Positions 24,385 to 38,100 of a stretch of 64,000 nt of DNA are shown here, piece after piece (the stretch's first letter is position 1; every line of letters starts with the position of its first letter). The DNA is from Lingula anatina (taxonomy: Eukaryota > Animalia > Brachiopoda): contig CM120640.1 in the NCBI GenBank assembly GCA_051362555.1, positions 5,208,001 through 5,272,000 on the forward strand. The letters run 5' to 3'. The notes under the pieces are model-generated. The model was not told the origin of the DNA and searched no databases. It saw only the letters and a program-made list of their open reading frames with translations. The position numbers and the translations under genes are program-made.

Positions 24385-26016
24385 ATTTCTAACGTGTTCA
24401 AAGCCGGTGCATTTCTGGCATATCTGGAGGCTAATAAAAATAGTACAACTATGAAACACATGGCAGTAAAGAATGAAATAACTGGAAAAAATGCTCCAAT
24501 ATATTTAATGAGTAGTTTTTAAAATCTCAACTGATTGAGGAGAAATTTAGATAGTCTTTACAATTGTATGCAGCAGCGACCTCTGCAATATAAAATTTCC
24601 ATTCATGAAGCGCATTAATTTCATTGGGTGACTTTTCACTGACAAAACGTCTACTACGCAATTTACTCACATCACACCTCAAATTAAGACGTATGTATAG
24701 ATTAGCGAAATCAAAAATGAAACAAGATGAAAAATATTAATTATCTCAACCTGACATCAACATTTCTTGAAATTTTAGGATTACAAAGATTTTGTTTTTA
24801 GGCGAATATACACGTCTGTGATGTGTCACTACAAATTTACTATCAACATCCGCCGGTCTAACCAAAAGCCTCTATTCTGACCCCCTTACGTAAATATTCA
24901 GTTTACACTTCATCTTAGGTCGTCAATATAGTGCAAAACGCGGTCGTCTAGAAGTGTTTTAATATAAAATATATTATGCACGATGATCTAGGCTACCGAT
25001 GTGTGGCAAGAGCTTTTTCTACACGGGTGCACAAGGGACGTTTTTTGTTTTTACATGGGTACTTAGAACTATGAATTGGTAGTCACTTTTTCTCTATCAG
25101 AAAAATTTTTTCACTTGCAGTGATGGCGAATTTTAATCAAGACTATAAAAATTTAGAACTTTGAAAATGTTTGTATTAGTATTTTTTTATAGTCAAGAAA
25201 GTTTTCATTTATGATAGATCCAGATATTTGGTTTACCTGTTGACTGTTTGAAAATTTTCTTCACTATCAAAACTGAGATCCAATGAAACTATTTTCACAT
25301 AAGTATTTTTTTTAGATGAATGATGAATGAGTTGGACCCAACTTTGTGCATTTAAGGAAAAACATGGAAAATGTAAAATTGCATTTAATTCATAGAGCAA
25401 TTATCACATCAATTACATGCCACGTGCCTTGAAAATTCAACTAGCTTAAAACTCAATGCATGGCGTCAATTAAAATGAAACAATGAATACTTAATGTTGA
25501 TTTATTAAAGGTATCACTTTATGAACATGAAAAATAAAAAAAAATCACACTAAACATTTAATATATATCATATGATATCTCGATCATTATTGGCCCCTCT
25601 CATTGTATCTTTTCCCCTCCTTAAAAAACTGGTAATAGTGTGAAATTCCACTATCCTGTAAATGTTGAGGGCAGTTAGGTAAATGTTCCATAGCTTTATT
25701 TTTGCGGGACTAAACAATCTCAGAGACAACTTAGTTCAGACCTCTGTTGCACCAACAATCCCACAGAAATTAACAAACAATTTTTATTTATTTTTTACTT
25801 TGAAAGTTCCTGCTGTCTGGTTAAATCATCTGTAGTTCTAAATTTCTTATGTACTTTAATTACACACTCTTTGAATTAATTCACATAATTATTTTATCAT
25901 AATTGTCATTATTTTATTTATCATAATTGTCATTATTATACAATCAAGCTACCAATTAATTGCCAGATCATACTGACATTATAAATTTATCTTCAAAACA
26001 AGATAATATTAAAACC

Positions 26017-28910
26017 AAACTAGAGGATCAGAGAGGCGATACCGCCTCCGAATATTGTACCACCAGCTGGAGCAAGCGCATTCGTATAGACCCCCACATA
26101 CACAAAATAAGGGACACAGCCACCAGTTTTGTGCTTGACAAGCTGTAAAAATGCAATCAACAAGAATTTTTAAACTATTGCAAAAAATATATATGGTACA
26201 ATCAAATTTAAGTTCTTCATAAGGTAGGTCAAGGTCACAGTAAATTGCCAGTATATGACTTCCTATTCAAGTTCAAGAGTAACTATGGACCTATCTCTGT
26301 CAAGTTTGAAGTTAAAAGAGAAAGAAATTAGCAGAGTTCAGTTCATGATAAAAAGTAGGTCAAAGGTCAATTTCAAGGTCACACTTAGATTGCCAGTATA
26401 GGACTTCCTATTCAACTTCAATAGTAACTATGGACCTATCTCAGCCAGTTTTGGAGATAAAAGGGAAGCAAAATTTGCAAAATTCAGTTCATGGTGAAAA
26501 GTAGGTCAAGGGTCAATTTCAAGGTCACATTTAGATTGCCAGCATATGACTTTCTATTCAAGTTCAATAGTAACTATGGACCTATCTCTGCCAGTTTTGG
26601 AGATAAAAGGGAAGCAAAATTTGCAAAGTTCAGTTCATGGTGAAAAGTAGGTCAAAGGTCAATTTCAAGGTCACATATAGATTTCCAGTATATGACTTCC
26701 TATTCAAGTTCAATAGTAACTATGGACCTATCTCAGCCAGTTTTGGAGATAAAAGGGAAGCAAAATTTGCAAAATTCAGTTCATGGTGAAAAGTAGGTCA
26801 AAGGTCAATTTCAAGGTCACATTTAGATTGCCAGTATATGACTTCCTATTCAAGTTCAATAGTAACTATGGACCTATCTCTGCCAGTTTTGGAGATAAAA
26901 GGGAAGAAAAATTTGCAAAGTTCAGTTTATGGTGAAAAGTAGGTCAAAGGTCAATTTTGAGGTCACATTTAGATTGCCAGTATATGACTTCCTATTCAAG
27001 TTCAATAGTAACTATGGACCTATCTCTGCCAGTTTTGGAGATAAAAGGGAAGCAAAATTTGCAAAGTTCAGTTCATGGTGAAAAGTAGGTCAAAGGTCAA
27101 TTTTAAGGTCACATTTAGATTGCCAGTATATGACTTCCTATTCAACTTCAATAGTAACTATGGACCTATCTCAGCCAGTTTTGGAGATAAAAGGAAAGCA
27201 AAATTTGCAAAATTCAGTTCATGGTGTAAAGTAGGTCAAAGGTCAATTTTAAGGTCACATTTAGATTGCCAGTATATGACTTCCTATTCAACTTCAATAG
27301 TAACTATGGACCTATCTCTGCCAGTTTTGGAGATAAAAGGGAAGAAAAATTTGCAAAGTTCAGTTCATGGTGAAAAGTAGGTCAAAGGTCAATTTTAAGG
27401 TCACATTTAGATTGCCAGTATATGACTTCCTCTTCAACTTCAATAGTAACTATGGACCTATCTCTGCCAGTTTTGGAGATAAAAGGGAAGCAAATTTTGC
27501 AAAGTTCAGTTTATGGTGAAAAGTAGGTCAAAGGTCAATTTTAAGGTCACATTTAGATTGCCAGTATATGACTTCCTATTCAAGTTCAATAGTAACTACG
27601 GACCTATCTCAGCCAGTTTGGGAGATAAAAGGAATGCAAAATTTGCAAAATTCAGTTCATGGTGAAAAGTAGGTCAAAGGTCAATTTTAATGTCACATAT
27701 AGATTGCCATTATATGACTTCCTATTCAACTTCAATAGTAACTATGGACCTATCTCTGCCAGTTTTGGAGATAAAAGGGAAGAAAAATTTGCAAAGTTCA
27801 GTTCATGGTGAAAAGTAGGTCAAAGGTCAATTTCAAGGTCATAGTAAGATTGCCAGTATATGACTTCCTATTCAACTTCAATAGTAACTATGGACCTATC
27901 TCTGCCAGTTTTGGAGATATAAGGGACTAAATGTTATAATTTTGGAGTTACCATAATGTGCCTTAAATTTCGTACAGAAAAAATTAATTAAAATAAAGAA
28001 AATGTCATTTTGGTCAAAATTCTTGAAATAGGAGGTGCTCTGAAGTTTCAGAAGTTCAAATTTGATGAAATAATGTCATTTTTGAACACAAGTTGTCTGC
28101 TTTGCCAAGCCTTATGTTTTATTTTTCCAGAGTTCAAAATTTATTATCCATTACCGTACTGCACATTTTGCTTTTACCACCAATATGTGCTTTTTGATAC
28201 AGCGTAACTCGAAAACCGTATGGAATACAAAAAAACCGAGACCACCTCCAGTGTTGGGCTTTACATGCTCTACAAAATGCAAAAAAGAATGGGTTTCTAG
28301 CATTAACGGTTCCCGAATTAGAGACAGTTTTCAGTTTCGGTATCTTATGGCCGCTACTCCCGTGAAAATGCACCGATTGACCCCAAATTCATGGAGATGA
28401 AAGATGACCTGAAGGGTAACACTGTCCAATAATATAATTGGTTAAGTCTGTGTGGTGTCTGAATAACAGGGCAAAAAAATTTTTTTTCGTAAAAAAATTC
28501 ATTTTTTTGAAAATTTTGGCCCATTTGACCTTGAAATAAAGGTCAAAGGTCAAATCCAAGGGTATATTTGAAATCTACACATATGACTTTTGGAAAGCCG
28601 TCTATAGAAATTTTTCCCATAACCCCTTCCGTAGGGTAGATAATTAGCATTTAATTTTGCCATTTTTAGACAAGGGTGCATTGCAATGAGTGCCACACCC
28701 AGACCCCAATACCGACAAAGCCCAAATTTTACGTGGAACGAGTTGAGATTATAGGTGACCTAAATCCATGAGATGGGTACGGGGGCCCTTACCGTCTAGC
28801 GGTAACGGTAGCCATCCGGCGGAGCCAACGGAGCCGGCGGAGCCGGCGGAACGATCCGGACGGGACCAAAACCATGTGTACCGCCAGCGCTAACGCTGGT
28901 GGTACAATTA
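26017..28910 (-). mobile_element. Non-autonomous Helentron/Helitron2-type (HINE/DINE-1/pearl-like) element with internal 146-bp tandem array, copy 1
   Basis: Read on the - strand it starts TAATTGTACCACCAGCG-TTAG-CGCTGGCGGTACA (subTIR plus hairpin), then short GC-rich 9-bp repeats (GGCGGAGCC on +), a unique region and the tandem array. It closes with a 3' subTIR GCTGGTGGTACAA, hairpin GAGGCG-GTAT-CGCCTC and CTAG-TTT. No TSD; inserted in a T-run. Near-identical to 36136-38447. Confidence 0.88.
26224..27925. repeat. 146-bp tandem (satellite-like) array, about 12 units, inside HINE copy 1
   Basis: The GTAGGTC anchor recurs at 26224, 26355, 26501, 26647, 26793, 26939, 27085, 27231, 27377, 27523, 27669 and 27815, an exact 146-bp period after the first unit. 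Confidence 0.97.
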
Positions 28911-28956
28911 TTTTTTATAAACAAAGTTTACTGAAATACTTTGCATTAATGACACT

Positions 28957-29014
28957 TGTTAACAGTTTTATTTCACTGTCTTGTTTGTTAACTGTTTTAT
29001 TTCACTGTCTTGTA
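28957..29014 (-). terminator. Tandemly duplicated poly(A) signal region of the TAF2 3' UTR
   Basis: A 29-bp unit TGTTAACWGTTTTATTTCACTGTCTTGT occurs twice. Each copy gives AATAAA on the - strand, about 115 and 145 nt after the stop codon. Confidence 0.55.
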
Positions 29015-29112
29015 GTTCGTGTATTTCAATAATATCAGATTGTAACTGCTCCCTAAAAGAACATCCATTGTGATACATACTCCCTGAATAAAGCACATGA
29101 ATACCATCAATA

Positions 29113-32100
29113 TCACATTACTTCAAATTCAGGTGAACTTGGCTCATCCAGATCTGGAGACCTCGAGTACATGTCTAAGTGATGAGCTGAATCTGATTTC
29201 TGAAGAACATCTTCAGATGTTTTATCTTTCCTATCTACAGACTTGTCTGCCTTGTCAACAGGTCTTTCTCCCTTTTCTCCTTTCTCATGCTTATGTTTAT
29301 GTTTGTGCTTGTGTTTGTTTTTCTTCTTCTTTTTCTTTGCTTTATGTGCTTTGTGAGGATCTGCTTCTGTTGATTCTTGGGGAACTTCTTGTGGAGCAGC
29401 ACCAGAACTAGGTTTCTCTTCCAGAGGAGCAGATGACTCTGTATTAAAAACAAAACTATCATATTTTTGACAAACCCATGAAAAGGACAGCATCACTACA
29501 AAAGCATCACCCTTATGGTGATATACACAAAACATGTTTTGTTTGAAAAAGAAGCCATAGTCATTCAAATAATCTTATTTAATTATGTGATGTTTTTAAA
29601 CTTGAAAGTTTAAATCTCATCACTTTACTATTATATCTATCACAATGTGGTTTATAATTTGATTTTCTCATATAACCTTCTGAAATCTACTTCAAACCAG
29701 GTAAAATCATGTTCCATATATATTATCTGCCTGAATTTAAAGCAAGACAAAAACAAGGACTGAACAAAGGATGTGAAATGTGCCCATCAGTATTACCTGT
29801 TACATCAATTTTTGTCTCAAATGGGGGCTGTGAGTTGGAATCTTCACTGAGCCCTATAGGGCTGTCATTGCTACCCATGGAGGGAGGTGCAAGAACACTA
29901 ATATTTGGTTTGGTGGTGGGAGATGTCTCTGGTAAGACTGCTTCAGGACTGGGCTAGAATTATGAAATGATAAATTAATATTAGCATACCTGTCTCACCA
30001 CCACAAACTCTTTTTGCTTTCTCCTTCCGTGGTCATCAATGTTAGTTTTAACATGCAAAAACCTGTGTCATACATTAGTAAGGCTTGTCATAATACTGAG
30101 ACTGATGTTTCAATTAATCAGTATGTAATGTCATGCATTGAGAGAGCTTTCAGTGCACCCCACTACCTTATTTCTGACAGTTGGTAAAATTGGAACATGC
30201 TACGTAAACATGAATCACACAAACTGTGCTGGTGGTTGCCATGCTAATATAATGAATCAATTTATCATCAACACTAGTACTACCACCATGCTTCCCAAGA
30301 TCACGAGTCAACACAATTTTTATACAAAACCAACAGCTACACAAGATTACAAACATGCTAGATAATGTGACATGATTTTGTCTGTTGAGGTTGGCAGCAG
30401 GAACTCACACTGGCAAATGTCATTAACTCTGCAGCAAGACCAGTGGTTGAACTGGTTGGGGTCTTTGGGACAGGTGATATACTGCGAGAGGACAGGGCAG
30501 ATTGTGAGACAGGAGAGAGAAAATCATCTGCTTCCTCTATTTTTCCAATCTGTAAAAGAGCATGAATGTCAAAAAAAGGTTAAAAAAAAAAAGCCTGATT
30601 GACAATAACTAAATGAATACTGCCAAAATTTTTTTCAAAAATTTATTCATCCCATTTATTTGGGCTGCACTTCTTCTTCAATTTATTTTGACATCAAAAT
30701 GGATGGAATACATCTGAATATACAACACAATATTAATTGAAAGGGTTTAATTGTATTTTGAAATAGTTACAATAATTATGATTAAAGTTCACATGCATAA
30801 GATCACCAGTTAGTGACGGGACTTATAATATCATGCACAGCAAAAATATCCATGCACGGCAAAGATGTTTTGATCAAGCAAACAGGCATACATGCTGTTT
30901 ATATGTTTATAAATGAAATGCAGTTTTTCCATAGTAAATTAACAAATAATTACCTATCTTTTATCTCCCAATTTTTTTTTTTTTTTTTTTTGATAAATAA
31001 ATGATAAAGAAAATTAGAAAACTATGTGGGAACAACTCCAGAAATAATTTACCATTCCACATAGAATGAAAAAATATAAAAAATAATTAAGTAACTTACC
31101 CTTATCTTCAGTTTACAAGGATTTTCCTCCACTTCTGCCTTGATGTTAGGCTCTGCACTCGACTCTTTCTTGATGTCATCAAATATCAAGGGAGAATCAG
31201 CTTTTCGTTTTTTACTTTCTACTGCGCTGCTACTACTACTAGCAGGGAAAGATGGTGCGTCAAAGTCTGTTTTTATTGGAGTCCATAATATGCTGTCTTC
31301 TTCTTCATGAATGGTCTCCTGCAGGAAAAAAACCCCCCGCAAAATTATATGATATGGCATTTACCACTTTCCTCAACATTAGTACTTTTACCCCTGATGT
31401 GGTTTTCTGGAACCAGGTAGCTGATAGACCAGTGGAGGAACAGTTGCAATTTTTCAAATCCATTAAATGCAGTCTATACCAAAATCTTCCCAGCCTACTG
31501 GCCATTCAAACGATAAAGAAATATCTGTCAGCCCAAAGCAGAAACAGTTGCCATTAACTGAACAATTTTAAATTAAAAAAAAATCTAGACTAAAATTTGA
31601 CTGGTTCTAGACGTAGGCCCAGTGCTTATATTACAGGCTGTAGGTACCATACTAAGTGAGTGGATTACAATTACTGTGACAGAGTTAAGAGCACCTGACG
31701 CGACTAACTTATTATCAGTAATCAGTGTATGGCGACTTGAGTCATGACTCTTTACCTCTTCTTGGCCTATCTCTGACAAAGATAAAGACGGATGGACCAT
31801 GGTTCTTTTTTCCTTCAAATTTAGCACTATTACGGACTGAAATTAAGGAGATATATTTAAAGGATAGAAGTTAAAGATCACAGCAATAACATCAAGTGTC
31901 ACTTTATAATTAAAATTTAACCCCTTTCATAATACTCATACAGCCATTTCTCTACAATAATTGTGACATCAAATAAATTGTATCATTCTGTATGACATTT
32001 ACTCTGTGCACATTTCCATAGCAAAACCACTTATCTGTACTCCTTTTTTGATAAAAAAAATTTACACCTATTGCCCTGAGTGTTCAAATCATGATATGGC

Positions 32101-35100
32101 CATGGAAAATGTAAAATTCTTTATACAAAATGCATGGTATATTGCTAGACACTACAAAGATCAACATGTCTGGCAAACAGCTTCAAGGTCAGTTGAAACT
32201 TGAGGGAGTATAGACTTAACAAAAACATTTTGTTTTTCATCCATTTTCAGACATGACTTGAACACGACTTGCGCCACAGTACCTCTGGAATTGGCAAACA
32301 TGATGGCCTTGTGCGACCATAAAAAGTGAAATACAGGTCAGCTATACCACATCGCAGTCTGGCGTCATTGGATGTCCCGGAGCTAAAAATGAGACACAAA
32401 AACAACGTGTAGCTCTGTCTTTACCTTCATGAGGTTAGTTCACTGAACATTAACATCATTTGTTTAAACCAGTAGATTTATTAAAATTGTAAGGAATTTT
32501 AAAAATCAGTGTTAAAACACATTGGTTGTATTAAAAGTAAAGAAACTTAATGGTTGACATGGTTTTCCATTAGATGATTTATTATTTTCTGAAGAAGATG
32601 AATATTGACAGGTAGAATTCCATTGATATTTGAAAAAATTGCTTCAGCTGTCTCTACCTGACAAATGTTCAGTAAATTTTAAATTACACATTGTTTTAAT
32701 ATCATATTAAAAATCATCACAAACAGCTGTACTAGTTTCCTTCTCCATCTCAAAGTTCAACCAACTGTTATTGGCATATTACATTGCAATATCATATTTA
32801 TGAAAAAATTATGACGCCATACTTCATCATTCTCCATAGGCGTTCCACCAGCATCTCAGTTCCCATACTGCTCTTGTTGTCCTGCTTAGTGAATGGAGGG
32901 TTGGTCAGCAGCAGCTTCAACACACCATGCCTGAAAGCAATGCTCAAGTTTTAAAGAACTAGAAATAAAATTACTTGACATCCATATTTTTTAGGAATTT
33001 TACAAAGTAGGAGGGGTGATTGTTCACAATTTCTCATGTTTCTAATGTAATTGTTTTTTGTTTTTTTTAATTATCTAAATTACCACAAGCCTTTTTAATC
33101 TTGTTGTCTTGCACTGCAAAGTATTTTGAGATTTTTATGAAAAGTGCCATATACTTTAAAGGGATTTATAATTTTTACTTTCATGAAAATAATTTTACAG
33201 GACTATCAGAAACTTTCCTCAAAGTTATTAATAATTCTGATATGTTTTATAATGATAAAAGCATTCAGTGAAATAATAAAATATCTCTTCTGTTTAAAAG
33301 GTGTCTTGTTAATTTGTTGTCACAAAATGTCTTACTTGATATATGGATCAAGGTCATCTTCAACTGTATCTAAAAGGTTATTCAGTTCATCTGGATCAGC
33401 TTCAACTATGAGCAAAAAAATATAGTTAACTCCGTTCTGAATTGTTAAAGGCTGTTATTATCAGTAATGGTAGAATACTGTCAGTAACAGAACACAAAGT
33501 ATAAGCCTGTAGGGGAAACTGATTATTATATGCTAAATTTTTGTGCATTTGAAAATTGTTAGTCTCATCATTTGGAAATGTTATCAGGAAACCAGTGACA
33601 CTCCATAGTTTACCTTTAGTGTAATCCACTAAAGCTTCAAAAGCAGCCAGGCGAACATCAACAAAGTTCCCAAACTGTGAATAACTTCTGAACAGCGCCG
33701 CATCACTGGGTATGTGGCCCATTCTTTGGAGCTTGCGGATGGCTCGGAGACAGCTGGAAGAAAAGTTTTTTAAAAAGTTATAAAAAAAAAGAAAACAAAG
33801 ATGTAGAAAGAATAATGCAGTATTTCACTGAAATTAAAAATAAGATGGAGAAAGTTGTGTCTGCTCTGAAATAATCTCCTACCTCACTGTAACTGTATAT
33901 CTGTAACAGGGCAGCAGCTTTTCTAAGTTGATGAATCTTGTGATTTCCTCCAATACAAGCTTCATATCAGGAGTGAGAGAAGATGCAGTGGGCCCTAACC
34001 TGAAATGTAATAGTCACTAATGCACTTAAGCCATAAAAGTGAATACACAGATAAGCAAATCCTTATAACAGGTTTTATGTGAATTTCTAGCTGCGACTCA
34101 CCTACTTAGACTGCGTTCCCATATACCTGTTGCACTAGCTGGTTAGATCTAACTCTGCTGGGCTTCTTGCTAAAGTGCTTTCAGTGTAATCAGCTTAATT
34201 GTTTGGCACGCCCTCTCATGTAACTATCGTTTATTACCCCATTGCAGCTTGAGCAGGCATGCCTGACATTTAAGCCATCTACAACGAATGCGATTTAGCA
34301 AGGATCCCTGCAAATTAAGATCAATCCAGCTAATATCATGGGTACGCTACAGTAAGTACTTTAAGTAACAAATGTACCTAACCCATTCTGAACAATGAAT
34401 ATCTCTATTTGTACAACTGTATGCTTACCCAGGTCCAGTAAAAGTGGTCACTGCTGGAGTCACTGTATTGGCTATGGCATCCACAAGAGTGGCTCGGTAG
34501 TAATTATCAGAATACTTTAAAATAAATACAGAAATATGTGTTAAATACCAAAATATCACAACTAAAGCAAAACTGCATGTTAATGTTTTATCAACCTCAT
34601 TTTTAATCAACTGCCATCTTTGACATGCTTAAATAATCGAACATCTAACACATTACATATTGCTTGCTTTGAAAAAAAAAAAACTTTACATATTCGTATA
34701 CTTCCATTTCTACTGACCTTGTTTTTCCTGTTGTCATTATATTTAAACAAATCCAGAAGAAATCTGATGACATCAGGTGGACAGATATTGTGCACATTTC
34801 TCAAGTTGGACATGGCAACTGGGATGGTCTGAAAGGCCAATAAAACATTTATTCATTTCAATACATGTGTTGTTAAAATCCCTCTACACAGTATATTATT
34901 ACTACACAATATAACACTAAGATAAGTTTCGAAATTCATGCAGATACGCCAGTGAGAAACTAAAACACTGACCTTCTGTAGATAATAATGTTGAAAATTG
35001 GAAAAGTTATTTTGTTTCACTATGGATGGGCAGGTGTGGGAGCCAAACATCTTCCTAAATATGGTCATCATGGCTGGAGGCCCTGCCCAGTTGGCCACCA

Positions 35101-38100
35101 TGGCATTAGCAACCTGGAACAGAGTTCATCAAGTCACAGAATTAGAAGGCGGCAGAAGTCAACTTTGTAATAAATTTTCAAGTTTGTAATAAAAAAATTA
35201 CAATATCCTCCCTAATCAACTTAACATATTTAAAGTTACAAGAACCAAACGGCAGATAGTCTAATCTTTTTCAATGCATGAATTTAAGTCAAATGATGAT
35301 GCTTTGGCAAAAAACCTTCTCACCCTTGCCAGGCACATAGCAGCCTCCATTCGCACTCTGTAGAAACACTGTTCATTTTCAATGGTATCCGTCAGGGACA
35401 TTCTAGTGGCAGGAGTAGGAAATTTTTCAAGTGCTTCAATCGCCTGATATGGAAAAAATGTAGGAGAAGAATTTGGTAAGCAAATTCTTTATTAGGCATT
35501 ATATAAATTCATTTATTCACTTTTTCTTATTATTATTTCATTTATTATTATCACTTTTGCCATCAACATACTTTGTTTGAGATACAGCAGTCTTCTTAGT
35601 AAGCAGTTTGGATTTTAAACTGCTTACTAAGAAGACTGCTGTATCTCAAACAATGTACACTACCACATTTCTCTCCTTTAGTCAAGAAAAGAATACCCAA
35701 TTTTGTGTATGTTAAAAATCAGTATTAGCTGGATTTCTACCTCAAGCTGTGCTACCACATCTCTTTCATATCTGAGCTGGTACTGCCACATGAAGTCTGG
35801 CTGCTCCCAGGTCACCTGCCTCAGGATTGTCATGTCTGCATCCACCCTCAACCATAACACAGGGGAGTCAGCACTGGAGAACAGTGAGACACATAAAACA
35901 ATACTTGAACTATACATATTACAATATCTTCATAGCCATAACAGAGGGATGTGGACACTAGAAAACAATGAGACAATTTCCACTACCTAGTCTACCTAGT
36001 TGCATGTAAACTGTCAAACAATTATAGGCAAAATTTGTCAATCCAACATAAAACTTTGCCTTCTACCTTGTTATAAAATTATGATAATATTGATTAATTC
36101 TTAAAGTATCTAACTTTATATGGCTTCAAATATTGAAACTAGAGGATCAGAGAGGCGATACAGCCTCCGAATATTGTACCACCAGCTGGAGCAAGCGCAT
36201 TCGTATAGACCCCCACATACACAAAATAAGGGACACAGCCACCAGTTTTGTGCTTGACAAGCTGTAAAAATGCAATCAACAAGAATTTTTAAACTATTGC
36301 AAAATATATATATGGTACAATCAAATTTAAGTTCTTCGTAAGGTAGGTCAAGGGTCAATTTCAAGGTCACAGTAAATTGCCAGTATATGACTTCCTATTC
36401 AAGTTCAAGAGTAACTATGGACCTATCTCTGTCAAGTTTGAAGTTAAAAGAGAAAGAAATTAGCAGAGTTCAGTTCATGATAAAAAGTAGGTCAAAGGTC
36501 AATTTCAAGGTCACACTTAGATTGCCAGTATAGGACTTCCTATTCAAGTTCAATTGAACTATGGACCTATCTCTGCCAGTTTTGGAGATAAAAGGGAAAC
36601 AAAATTTGCAAAGTTCAGTTCATGGTGAAAAGTAGGTCAAAAGTCAATTTTAAGGTCACATTTAGATTGCCAGTATATGACTTCCTATTCAAGTTCAATA
36701 GTAACTATGGACCTATCTCTGCCAGTTTTGGAGATAAAAGGGAAGCAAAATTTGCAAAGTTCAGTTTATGGTGAAAAGTAGGTCAAAGGTCAATTTTAAT
36801 GTCACATTTATATTGCCAGTATATGACTTCCTATTCAAGTTCAATAGTAACTATGGACCTATCTCTGCCAGTTTTGGAGATAAAAGGAAAGCAAAATTTG
36901 CAAAGTTCAGTTCATGGTGAAAAGTAGGTCAAAGGTCAATTTTAATGTCACATTTATATTGCCAGTATATGACTTCCTATTCAAGTTCAATAGTAACTAT
37001 GGACCTATCTCTGCCAGTTTTGGAGATAAAAGGAAAGCAAAATTTGCAAAGTTCAGTTCATGGTGAAAAGTAGGTCAAAGGTCAATTTTAAGGTCACATT
37101 TAGATTGCCAGTATATGACTTCCTATTCAAGTTCAATAGTAACTATGGTCTTATCTCTGCCAGTTTTGGAGATAAAAGGGAAGCAAAATTTGCAAAGTTC
37201 AGTTCATGGTGAAAAGTAGGTCAAAGGTCAATTTTAATGTCACATTTAGATTGCCAGTATATGACTTCCTATTCAAGTTCAATAGTAACTATGGACCTAT
37301 CTCTGCCAGTTTTGGAGATAAAAGGGAAGAAAAATTTGCAAAGTTCAGTTCATGGTGAAAAGTAGGTCAAAGGTCAATTTCAAGGTCACAGTAAGATTGC
37401 CAGTATATGACTTCCTATTCAACTTCAATAGTAACTATGGACCTATTTCTGCCAGTTTTGGAGATATAAGGGACTTAATGTTATAATTTTGGAGTTACCA
37501 TGATGTGCCTTAAATTTCGTACAGAAAAAATTAATTAAAATAAAGAAAATGTCATTTTGGTCAAAATTCTTGAAATAGGAGGTGCTCTGAAGTCCCAGAA
37601 GTTCAAATTTGATGAAATAATGTCATTTTTGAACACAAGTTGTCTGCTTTGCCAAGCCTTATGTTTTATTTTTCCAGAGTTCAAAATTTATTATCCATTA
37701 CCATACTGCACATTTTGCTTTTACCACCAATATGTACTTTTTGATACAGCGTAACTCGAAGACCGTATGGAATACAAAAAACGGAGACCACCTCCAGTGT
37801 TGGGCTTAACATGCTCTACAAAATGCAAAAAAGAATGGGTCTCTAGCATTAACGGTTCCCGAATTAGAGACAGTTTTCAGTTTCGGTATCTTATGGCCAC
37901 TACTCCCGTGAAAATGCACCGATTGACCCCAAATTCATGGAGATGAAAGATGACCTGAAGGGTAACACTTTCCAATAATATTATTGGTTAAGTCTGTGTG
38001 GTGTCTGAATAACAGGGCAAAAAAATTTTTTTTCGTGAAAAATTTCTTTTTTTTGAAAATTTTGGCCCATTTGACCTTGAAGTAAAGGTCAAAGGTCAAA

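Noticed and set aside
26224-27925. Tandem array as a CRISPR array or coding repeat (ORF 27075-27380)
   Set aside because: The units are contiguous near-identical 146-mers with no unique spacers, there are no cas genes and the context is eukaryotic. The period is not a multiple of 3 and frames are interrupted by stops.
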